Source of the DNA: a virus | Lineage: Duplodnaviria; Caudoviricetes | Virus record (IMG/VR): IMGVR_UViG_3300030606_000008 | Coordinates: 1 to 56,614 of that record | Reading direction: 5' to 3' (one strand) | DNA length: 56,614 nt | Shown: one piece after another, positions 6,561-15,200 of the stretch | Numbering within the stretch: position 1 is the first letter of the stretch | Layout: each line of letters begins with the position of its first letter | Translations under genes and position numbers: made by a program | The notes under the pieces: generated by a model | What the model saw: the letters and a program-made list of their open reading frames with translations, nothing else | What the model was told of the DNA's origin: nothing | Database searches by the model: none

Positions 6561-7224
6561 CTTCAAGGATGGAGACGGGTCGGTCCCGGCCCGTCTCCAC
6601 AAAAATCCAGACGGAACTGAAGGTGGTTGGATAGCTGACACTGCTCATGTCTCTAAGGCTGCTCACATTGGTCCAGATGCCCAAGTCTATGGTCAGGCTA
6701 AAGTTAGTGGTCATGCCCGAGTTCTGGGCCAGGCCCAAATCTATGATGGGGCTAACATCTATGACTCTGTCCTAGTCCGTGACCAGGCCCACGTCTATGG
6801 GGAGACCCACGTTTATGACCAGGCTCTAATTTATGGGGAGGCTAGAGTATATGATGAGGCCAGAATCTATGGTGGGGCCCTTGTCTATGGGGCGGCCCAC
6901 GTCTGTAATCAAGCCCGAATTTTTGGTAGTTCACGTATTTGTGGGACTACCAAAGTGGAGGCAGGTTGGGTGCATTTTGGACACTATCGGGATGTTCTGA
7001 TTACCGAAGACCCTAAGTTAATTTACATCTCTAGACATGTGATGGCCACGGTTGTGGGTAGTCAAGTCATCATTAAAGAAGAGCCTAAGACTTTGCTAGA
7101 ATGGGATTGTAAGCCTCCTGATGGGTGGGAGCAACTACGTCCTCTTCTGGAGATACTAATCCCCAAGGCCGCACTTACACCAAGTACCCATTACCTCGAC
7201 CAGTTGTTAGACGATGGTTCTTAG
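6547..7224 (+). CDS. Hexapeptide-repeat beta-helix protein, paralog 4
   Basis: FDFKDGDG...NPDGTEGGWIADTA cap, hexapeptide repeats, and KTLLEWD...HYLDQLLDD cap. Confidence 0.88.
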   Translation: MTMFDFKDGDGSVPARLHKNPDGTEGGWIADTAHVSKAAHIGPDAQVYGQAKVSGHARVLGQAQIYDGANIYDSVLVRDQAHVYGETHVYDQALIYGEARVYDEARIYGGALVYGAAHVCNQARIFGSSRICGTTKVEAGWVHFGHYRDVLITEDPKLIYISRHVMATVVGSQVIIKEEPKTLLEWDCKPPDGWEQLRPLLEILIPKAALTPSTHYLDQLLDDGS

Positions 7225-8014
7225 TCTCCATGTGGCGATCGATTCTCAACTTCCTATTGAGTTGGAGTTCCCGGCAGTAGCTTTTGGTTCATTTGTCTCG
7301 AAGCATCCTGGGGTCATTGTTTATGACGAGACTCCCGAGTCTTCCCCCCTTGCTCGTTTCTACATCGACTTGATCAGTGGTAGGCCTTTACCCCTCCAAT
7401 ATGTCACTCGACAAGTGGACAGTATAGCCTCTGTAGTGTCGGTGGTTCTGCACATGGATAGGGCGTCAGCTCTTCATCCTAGGATGCATAGCTTGGTAAC
7501 CTCTGTCGAGCTGGTGTCAGCTATGAAAGAGGCGGGGATGGCTCACATAGACCGGGACCTGTCCCGTCTCCTCCTGTTTATTGACCAGTACTTGTTTGAG
7601 CAACCTGCGACCAAGCAGGTACTAGAGGAGAGGCTGCCTCTAGTCATAGATTGGCTCAGGGGGTGGGTCTTCGAGGAGAGGCTCCCATCTCTACCGGCCG
7701 AGCCCCCACCCCCGCGAGTACTGGACTATGGGACGAACGGTTTTGTGGTCGCAGAGGGATCTCGACCAAATGAAGACGTCGTAGAACTCTACCGAATGGG
7801 GTATCTCAGGGGGGTACTGTACTCTCGGGACCACGTGTTGGCGTTTCGGAAGAGTCGGCACTTACAGTTTGACCTGGCCAAAGCGGCGGGGATGCTCAAC
7901 GCGGTGGCTCGAGAATTGGGTCAACCAGAAAATTGGGTAGTCGAGGGCCTTTTCTTGAGGGGGACCTCACAGCTCTCCAGGGAGAAGTTGACCGAGGTTT
8001 TTTTGAGAATTTGA
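7214..8014 (+). CDS. Hypothetical protein
   Basis: 266-aa ORF overlapping the previous stop; globular composition, no confidently recognised motif. Confidence 0.7.
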   Translation: MVLSLHVAIDSQLPIELEFPAVAFGSFVSKHPGVIVYDETPESSPLARFYIDLISGRPLPLQYVTRQVDSIASVVSVVLHMDRASALHPRMHSLVTSVELVSAMKEAGMAHIDRDLSRLLLFIDQYLFEQPATKQVLEERLPLVIDWLRGWVFEERLPSLPAEPPPPRVLDYGTNGFVVAEGSRPNEDVVELYRMGYLRGVLYSRDHVLAFRKSRHLQFDLAKAAGMLNAVARELGQPENWVVEGLFLRGTSQLSREKLTEVFLRI

Positions 8015-8118
8015 CGGAGTAGGGGCTGGTGGTACTAACCACAATCGCTCCGAGTGCTGTTGTGGGGGTTGCTAAACCTCCTCCGAAAATTCTTTTAAAA
8101 GGTCATGTCTAGGTAGAC

Positions 8119-9039
8119 ATGGCCTTTTTAGTTTCGGTGGGCACGGACGGCACTACGGATTGGGTTCAGACCCCAGATGGTAGCCGGTACAATCTGGGGC
8201 CTCTCAGCGTACTGAAATTCGTCACGAAGCTAGCGAGACCCAGTCAGGCCCGCTGGGTGCTGGATCAGTTCCTGGGGGAGGGTCAAGCGATGCTGGCAGT
8301 CGATGAGGAGCGGATGTGGGCCTTGTTGGCTCCCAAACGGTCACGTTGGGCTGCAGAAAAAGGTGGAGAATTTCCTTATGGGTTCGTTCCTGTGAGGTTA
8401 CCCATGGATATTTACGAGCACCTGACCCGTACTGAGAGAGTCGTCGCCTACCTGGATAAGAAGGCTAGCTTTGGGGAGACGGACCCTAAAGCGTTTGAGT
8501 ACCTGAGAAAAGAAGCTGGTAAAATCCAGAGCCCTAACCAGAGTGACAACTCGACCTACTATGGGTTGGGTGAGGTGCCGGTACATGAGGCGGCAGACCC
8601 GGCTCCCGAGCCACACACGGTAGCTGCTTCAGAGCACTTACAGTTCGACGTCTATGACCAGAACATGAGGTTAGCTCGAAAGATATTGGACTGGAGCAGA
8701 GTGACGGTTGCAACTATCGACTCGAAGGTTGCCGCAGGTCGCAAGTTTGACTCTAACCGTGCCAAGTTTGATGTGCACGCGCTCACTTCCAAGGTAGCAT
8801 CCATTTGTGAGGGAACCTCTCTCACGGAGGAATGGGTTCGGGGGGACCTACAGAAGCTTGCTGACCGGTCGAAGGGTCTTCTTCGGATGTTCACGGGGTC
8901 TAGGTTTGGGGATCTTCACGACTACAAGACGGGGAAGTACATTCGACCAGCTACTCGTAAGGAGCAGCAAGACTCTCGTCGAGCGGGGCCTGAGGGGGTC
9001 ATCAAGGTCGATGGCCGATCTGTGTACGTAGAAGATTAA
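8119..9039 (+). CDS. Hypothetical protein, probably late/virion-associated
   Basis: 306-aa ORF at the head of the structural operon; may have an internal start at 8404. Confidence 0.7.
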   Translation: MAFLVSVGTDGTTDWVQTPDGSRYNLGPLSVLKFVTKLARPSQARWVLDQFLGEGQAMLAVDEERMWALLAPKRSRWAAEKGGEFPYGFVPVRLPMDIYEHLTRTERVVAYLDKKASFGETDPKAFEYLRKEAGKIQSPNQSDNSTYYGLGEVPVHEAADPAPEPHTVAASEHLQFDVYDQNMRLARKILDWSRVTVATIDSKVAAGRKFDSNRAKFDVHALTSKVASICEGTSLTEEWVRGDLQKLADRSKGLLRMFTGSRFGDLHDYKTGKYIRPATRKEQQDSRRAGPEGVIKVDGRSVYVED

Positions 9040-9061
9040 ACATTCAAATTAGAGGTAATAC

Positions 9062-9763
9062 ATGGCAACACCATCGCAAACTTCGAACTACATCTATCGT
9101 CAAGGTACTACCCCGAACACCCGGGCGGCTATCAGTCAGAAGAACAAGGTCTACAGCTACCTGGCTGGGACAACAGAGTTTCGACAGATCGGGGTCCTGA
9201 GTGAATTTGGGCATGACGAGTCCCGGACTCCCGACCCTGTTCGAGGTATTGGTTTTGGGGACCAGATTGCTGAGCTGGTACCAGGTGTGACGGAGCCCAT
9301 GACTTTGACGGTCAACAAGACTCTACTTTACGCCGTGAACTTGTTTCAGACGTTTGGCTACAAGGGAGGGGTCGAGGGGCTTGTCCGTTCGTTGAAGCAC
9401 CATCGCTGGCCATTTGACATCAAGCAGGAGTTGGTATTTTCCGAGTTGGCAACAGCAAACGACCTCGAAGGCACCAAAACGGCTAATACTCAACCCTCAG
9501 GTGAAGGTTTTTTGACCACTGCAGTTCAAGCCCTCATTACGATCTACGAGGGTTGTTGGATGAACAGCTATTCTGCATCCTACACGGCGGACGCTTCGAT
9601 AGTGACGGAGAACAGTTCTGTGACGGTGACGGACATCCTCGACGGGACGAGTCAGTACGGGGAGTACGTAGATACTGGGTTGGCACCGACAGATGGGCTG
9701 GCTCCAGGTGCTGGAGCTTCGTACAGATTCTCTGGAAATAGTGCAGTAACCCCCACTTTCTAA
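9062..9763 (+). CDS. Putative tail tube protein
   Basis: SD GAGG. Beta-rich 233 aa (IGVLSEFGHDESR..DPVRGIG..ELVPG; YEGCWMNSYSASYTADASIVTENSSVTVTDI). Sits upstream of the chaperone-like and tape-measure genes. Confidence 0.7.
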   Translation: MATPSQTSNYIYRQGTTPNTRAAISQKNKVYSYLAGTTEFRQIGVLSEFGHDESRTPDPVRGIGFGDQIAELVPGVTEPMTLTVNKTLLYAVNLFQTFGYKGGVEGLVRSLKHHRWPFDIKQELVFSELATANDLEGTKTANTQPSGEGFLTTAVQALITIYEGCWMNSYSASYTADASIVTENSSVTVTDILDGTSQYGEYVDTGLAPTDGLAPGAGASYRFSGNSAVTPTF

Positions 9764-9770
9764 AATCTAT

Positions 9771-9796
9771 TCTAGGGGGGAGCTACTCCCCCTAGA
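9771..9796 (+). terminator. GC-rich hairpin after the tube gene (terminator or mRNA-stabilising stem)
   Basis: TCTAGGGGGGAG-CTA-CTCCCCCTAGA with one bulged G, 7 nt after the stop; no U-tract follows. Confidence 0.5.
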
Positions 9797-9810
9797 TAAG
9801 AGATATTACA

Positions 9811-9913
9811 GAGATGAAGATGCAGACTCAGATGAATATCCTGACGAGAGGTCTCGCACCCTCGTAGACTCTCTTTGGTCCGTCTTCATCTCCAGGTTGG
9901 AGATGAAACAGTG
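9811..9913 (+). promoter_or_regulatory. Structured 5' leader with alternative helices controlling SD access for the downstream gene
   Basis: The 9881-9894 segment can pair either with 9811-9822 (12 bp, one G.U) or with 9898-9907, which contains the GGAG SD (10 bp). Confidence 0.55.
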
Positions 9914-11020
9914 ACGACTCTACAAGTAGAACAGCTCAAGTCGGTCCTCGAGAGGGCTAAAAATACGGGTATTTGCGAGGAGGCGGTCACCGTCTCCGGT
10001 CTATCCTTAGTGGTCAGGAGCCTCCCTCCTGAAGCGTACAATGACATTTACGCTGAATTGGAGGCGTGCGCTGAAGGGTCAGAGTACATGCACGGTCATC
10101 AGATTGAGCACGTATGTAGGGCTATTTGCGAGATTGAGGGGGAAGACCTCAGGGACGTAGAGTACATCGAAGTCGAAAAGGAAAATCCGGATACCCACGA
10201 ATTGGAGATGGTCAAAGTCCCACGGCATGAGTGGCTGAAGGACAATCTCATGGCGACTTGGAGTCGGGAGGTCATACACACCCTCTACCGCAAGTTCATG
10301 GATGCTGTGAACCAGGCAACCGAGGAAGCTACGAAGGGGATTGTTTTTCGAGTCGAGACGGAGACGGCGGAGGAGAAGTTTCGCCGTTTGTTGGGGGAAG
10401 CTGTCCTAGCGGGAGACGACATCCCAGACGACATGCGAGAGGCTATTCTCAAGGAGCACGACCTTTTGTCAGCCACGAGTGAGGAGGAATTGGCTAAGTT
10501 CAACGAAGATGCCAAGAAGTTTTTGGCAGAGCAGCGGACAAAGATGGGTTTGGACGAGAGGGAAGCCCCTAAAACGACACCGGCCCCGCCCCCTTCAGAG
10601 CCCCCTCCAAGTACAGTCCCCATAGAGGATCTGATGGCTTCGAGGACACCTATGAACCAGGAGGCGGTTCAAGAGCGAACTCCCATCACTCCGGAAACGA
10701 GGGTTGAAGTAGCAAACAAGCGCCCCCCACTTCCGGCGGGGATAGAGGTGGTTGACTTGGGTAAAAAAGGGGCTGAACGAGCGGCTCAATTTGCGGCTTT
10801 GGAGGAGGCAGCGGCTTCAGATGGCTTGGCTCTAGACGAAGGGGTTTCTCCCAATCAGGTCTACCAGATACATCAAGGGGGTCACGTCCTCGAGAAGCGG
10901 ACTCAGCAGGGGGTGAAGTCCCCGCTGGTCATAGACAAGAAGCCTACCGGAGGTATCAACAAGAAGTACAATCCCCCTAGTGGAGGCGGTCTGGACCCTA
11001 GGTCTCACAAAGGCCGCTGA
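9911..11020 (+). CDS. Putative tail assembly chaperone 1
   Basis: Acidic protein between the tube and tape-measure genes, with VTVSGLSLVVRSL near the N-terminus. GTG 9911 has SD GGAG 8 nt upstream (the ORF track starts at TTG 9875). Confidence 0.55.
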   Translation: MTTLQVEQLKSVLERAKNTGICEEAVTVSGLSLVVRSLPPEAYNDIYAELEACAEGSEYMHGHQIEHVCRAICEIEGEDLRDVEYIEVEKENPDTHELEMVKVPRHEWLKDNLMATWSREVIHTLYRKFMDAVNQATEEATKGIVFRVETETAEEKFRRLLGEAVLAGDDIPDDMREAILKEHDLLSATSEEELAKFNEDAKKFLAEQRTKMGLDEREAPKTTPAPPPSEPPPSTVPIEDLMASRTPMNQEAVQERTPITPETRVEVANKRPPLPAGIEVVDLGKKGAERAAQFAALEEAAASDGLALDEGVSPNQVYQIHQGGHVLEKRTQQGVKSPLVIDKKPTGGINKKYNPPSGGGLDPRSHKGR

Positions 11021-12285
11021 TGCCGGGCACTACGGAATCGGTTGAACGGTACGAGGCCGAACAACGTAAGCTACGTCAGGAATACGGCTCGGAAGAGAGT
11101 GACGAGGCCGTTCCTGAGGTTCAGGACATCCCCGAGGTCAACCCAGAGATATACAAGGACGTAGAGCCCCTTTTGTTTCAAGGATTTTTGACGGCTTCCG
11201 CTACCATCTACAAGCAACGGTTCATCTTCAAGAGTCTCAACCATCACGAGTTCAATCGTTTGTCCTTATTCGAGGAGGTTGGGAGAGACCCCGTAGCTTT
11301 ACAACACTACTATGACTTGTTCTTGGCCTACGGGGTCTTCATGGTGGCTGGGCAGAATGTTCTCTCGAATCGGGAGGACCACATCCAGGACTTGGTGAAG
11401 TTCTTTTCAGAGCTCAACCAAGAAGCCAAGCAACTGGTCATAAGGAGGCTGAGTGACGTCAACCGACGCGCGGCTCGAGCGACCATTCTAACGGAGGCCT
11501 TTTCGATAGAGCCAAAGTCTCGAATGAGGTGGGCTCAACTGAAGAACTTAGACTTGACTTCGACGGCTGTGACGGGGTTTGAAGGCACGACTTCTTTGGG
11601 ATTGAACTGGGGACAGCTCACGTGGAGGGCCCTCAACTCCTTCGAGGACACACGAGAGCAGGCTGAGAGGGAGTGGGAGAACGCCAAGTTCATCGCCTCT
11701 GCCATGGCGGGTAAAGGTATGAACAAGATCTACAGTCGAGACAAGCGACGGCGGGAAGAAGAGAAACAGGAGAAGATTGACCGTCGGGAAAGGCTCATCC
11801 GCTATGTACTTCTGAACGAGCCCCTGGAGGGCCCTTCACGAGGCCCCATCCAAGTTGCCCGGTCTGTAGCAGACCTCTCCACACAGTTGGAGAGGGACCT
11901 CAAAGGTGAGCAGGACTGGCACGATAAGGTCATCACAGACCACGAGAATCGTGTCCAGAAGAACTATGAGAGCAAAGTGGCCCACATTCGAGAGTTGCAG
12001 GAGAGGCACCTCGAGAAGTTTGGGGACAAGGCTTTCATCACTACGACGGACATCAAGTATGGTCTGACACCTCAGGAGGTCAAACAGCACATCGAGAGAC
12101 GTCGGGAAGAGAACGCGCGCAGTCTTGCGACGAAACAAAAATTCTTGGAATTTACGGATGAGAAGCAGGCTCAGTTGACCAACAAGTGGGTGCGCAGATC
12201 CACTTCTCAGGGAACTTCTGGTGTGATCCCTGCTCAGGCTTCGAGTCGACCTAAGTCTAAGCCTTTTAATGGGGGAAGCTCCTGA
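11020..12285 (+). CDS. Putative tail assembly chaperone 2
   Basis: TGATG coupling on both sides; immediately upstream of the tape measure gene; FIFKSLNHHEF and helical charged segments. Confidence 0.5.
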   Translation: MPGTTESVERYEAEQRKLRQEYGSEESDEAVPEVQDIPEVNPEIYKDVEPLLFQGFLTASATIYKQRFIFKSLNHHEFNRLSLFEEVGRDPVALQHYYDLFLAYGVFMVAGQNVLSNREDHIQDLVKFFSELNQEAKQLVIRRLSDVNRRAARATILTEAFSIEPKSRMRWAQLKNLDLTSTAVTGFEGTTSLGLNWGQLTWRALNSFEDTREQAEREWENAKFIASAMAGKGMNKIYSRDKRRREEEKQEKIDRRERLIRYVLLNEPLEGPSRGPIQVARSVADLSTQLERDLKGEQDWHDKVITDHENRVQKNYESKVAHIRELQERHLEKFGDKAFITTTDIKYGLTPQEVKQHIERRREENARSLATKQKFLEFTDEKQAQLTNKWVRRSTSQGTSGVIPAQASSRPKSKPFNGGSS

Positions 12286-15200
12286 TGCCGACCAACGAAG
12301 ATATCCTAAACTTAGGTGTAGAGGTAGACATCCGAGAGTCTCTCAGAGCTATGGAGAGATTTCAGAAGGAGATGGTCGACGCCCTGAAGACCATCGCCAG
12401 CTCCAGTAAGGAGATGGGCAAGACTGCCGAGGAGGCATCGAATAGGGCAACTGAGGCGTCAGAGGAACAGAAAGAAGCCGTCGAAGAGGTAGCCGACGCC
12501 TATAAAGGCCAGAACAAAGCCATCATAGGACTACAGGCAACCATCAAAGAGTTGAAGAAGTTGGAGAGGCAGGCTTCCGGTGATGAGAAGAAGCATATCG
12601 AGGAGCAAATCAAACTTTTCGAGAACAAAATGAAAGTTCGTCGAAAGGTAGACCGGTCTTCGAGTAAGAAAAAACCAAAGTCCGAGGGAGTAACTTCTCC
12701 AAGGAAAACTACGGAAGAGTTGCGAGCTTCGTTGAAAGAGGCTGGGGAAGAGCTCAAGCGCCCCCTCGAGAGTTTTCTGTCTCGGGATGCCAAGGGGCTC
12801 ATCGAGGGAAGCTTCAAAGGTATTGGGAGCATTTTCAAGGGGGCTATCACGGGTCTTCGCCTCGGGGGCCGAGGGGCGAGAGACCTAGCCCTAGGGGCTC
12901 GTCAGTCGGCAGGGAGGGTTGGGGCCGGAGTCCGCACTGGCTTCGCTCGAGGCGGCGTGAGAGGAGCTATGGGGGGAGGCCTCAAGGCTATGGGGGGAGA
13001 GACCCTCAAGGGGCTCTCCGGCGCTCTCAAGGGCCTTTCCAAGCTAGGTCCTATCCTGGGGATGGCTACCTCGGCTCTAGTGGGCATCATCAAGCTATTT
13101 TTGGATGCGGATTCGATGGTGAAGGACTTCAATAAGAGCGTTCTTCAGTCAGCGTCCAACATCGAGTTCCTGGCAGGTACACAGGGGAATTCTCAAGTAG
13201 CCTCTGCAAATATGGAGAATGCCTTGAGGGGGGTAGCCGATGCCGCTTTCGACGCTCGCTTCAATCTGGACTGGGGAATCACGAAAGATGAGCACGGGGC
13301 TGTTCTGAACGTGTTGACCCAGGAAGGGGTGGCTCTGGGTCGACTGTCCCAGATGGCGGGTCATTCTCGCAAGGGGGTGGAGGCCCTGTCTAAGACGTTG
13401 GTGGCCACAGGGATCAGTTACTCTCGCTCGCTGGGCGTACCTCTTCAAGAGATCAATCAGATCCAAGCGGAGATGATTACCGAGCTTGGAATGAGCATCG
13501 ATGACACGAGGGAAGCCTTCTCGAAAATCTCTCGGTCGGCAACCGAGTCGGGTATTGCAGCGAACAAGTTCTTCGGCATGATCCGAGGGGTCTCTCAAGA
13601 CCTGAGTCTGTGGAACTTTCGTATGACGGAGGCCATCGACCTTCTCGGTAAACTGGGGAAGATCATGAGCCCGAAAACTGCGCAGAAGTTCTTCCAAGAA
13701 CTGTCTTCGGGGTTCAAGAACATGGGTAGTCAAGAACTTTTTCAGCAAACCACGTACGCGGGAGTAGGCAAAGTTCGTAAAGTCGTTCAGGAAGACATCG
13801 AGGTAAAGCAGAAAAAGTTGGCCAAAGACATTGCGGAGGCTCAGGGGAAGGCGACCGACACGAAGTTCGTAGCGGACACCCTCACGAAGATTCAAAAGGG
13901 TGGGTACAATGCTGCATTTCGAGAGATCCGTAACATAGCCAAAGTGGGAGGAGACACGGCTCAGATGGGCGTCTTCCGGGAGAGGGCCTCTCAGATACAG
14001 CGGCAGCAAACGGCTATGAAAAGGGATGACTTTGGGGTGGCTATTGCCTCTAAAGACATCCAAGACATGGGGGGTCAGTTGGAAATCATGGAGTCGGCAC
14101 TCAGCCGTTTTGGGGGAGACATCGTAGAGGCTTATGGGTCGATAGGACAGGTTTCTACGGCGAATGCTCTCGGTAAGTCCCTAGAACAGGTAGACCAGAT
14201 GGTGGCCCTCCGCATGGCCGTCGACGCTCAGCGAGAGATACTGATGGAGGAAGCCAAGACTCAGGAGGAGCGGGCCAAGGTGGCTAACATGACGACGGAA
14301 GAGGTCATCAGCAAGTTAGACGAGGGGGTCAAAGATCAGATTAAGCAAGTGGGGATGACGTCCGAGGACGTTCAGAAAGAAATCAGGACTCTGGCCAAGA
14401 ACCAGGGGGCCCAGACCATGAGCTTCATGCAGAAGTTCGAAGTCTTGACGGACTGGTTCATGCACACGTTCTATGAGACTATCCTGGGGATCTGGGAAGC
14501 TATCTTGAGTATCCCGGGTGTGGGCAACAAGGAGGAGAAGGCTCGGGTCGCCGCTCTTCGTGGGGCTCGAGGTGACGCGGAGCTCACTCAGGTTGTGAAC
14601 CGAGGAGGGGACGTCAAGACAGGGCTGGCCAATTCTCAGATTATGTCGGACTTCATTCGAGCCTTGGAGTCGCGAGAACAGCTGTCCAAGCAGAGGGGTG
14701 CTGTCGACAAGGAAATAGGACAGCTGCAAGAAGCTCTCAGTAGAACGAATGAGATGGATCCCCAAAATGCGATCCTGGAGAAGCAGCTGGAGACCGCCAA
14801 AGCTCAAAAAGATCGTCTGGATACCTTATTTGACGGCATCAACGACATGTCTCAGAAGGTTGCTAGGGGCTTCTCCGACAAGGCCCTATTAGAGTCCTTG
14901 CAGATGGACACGGGTTTCAGTTTTGGGAAGGGTCCGGACGTAAACCTCAAAAAAGAGTTGTTCCAGAAGGATGTTCAGACTCAGGGCTTTGAGGCGGCGG
15001 CCTACAAGGCCGGGGCTACGACGGAGCAGATAGCCAAGGCTTTGTCCAAGACGGTTTGGTCGTCAGATTCTGAAGCCCGCAAAGTCGACGTATTCAAGGG
15101 TGTCTCTGATGACCTGAAAAAGTTAGGTCTAGCGAAAGGCAGTGTGGCGGAGACGGGGGTAGCTAGAAAGGCTCCCAAATCTGAGGGGGCAGTTCGAACG

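Noticed and set aside
4131-7224. Diversity-generating retroelement as the source of beta-helix paralog variation
   Set aside because: Differences are not adenine-specific and no reverse transcriptase is present in the window.
7214-8014. Possible degenerate DHH-phosphoesterase-like fold
   Set aside because: No catalytic DHH or DxD motif is present and the resemblance is too vague without a profile search.
10990-11025. Lambda G/GT-type programmed -1 frameshift joining the two chaperone-like genes
   Set aside because: The -1 frame has a TAG at 10999-11001 and no slippery heptamer follows. TGATG coupling explains the second gene.
4164-14807. Long antisense ORFs such as 4164-4763, 5060-5698, 13149-14063 and 14316-14807
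   Set aside because: They are shadows of repetitive or codon-biased + strand genes and have no recognisable motifs.
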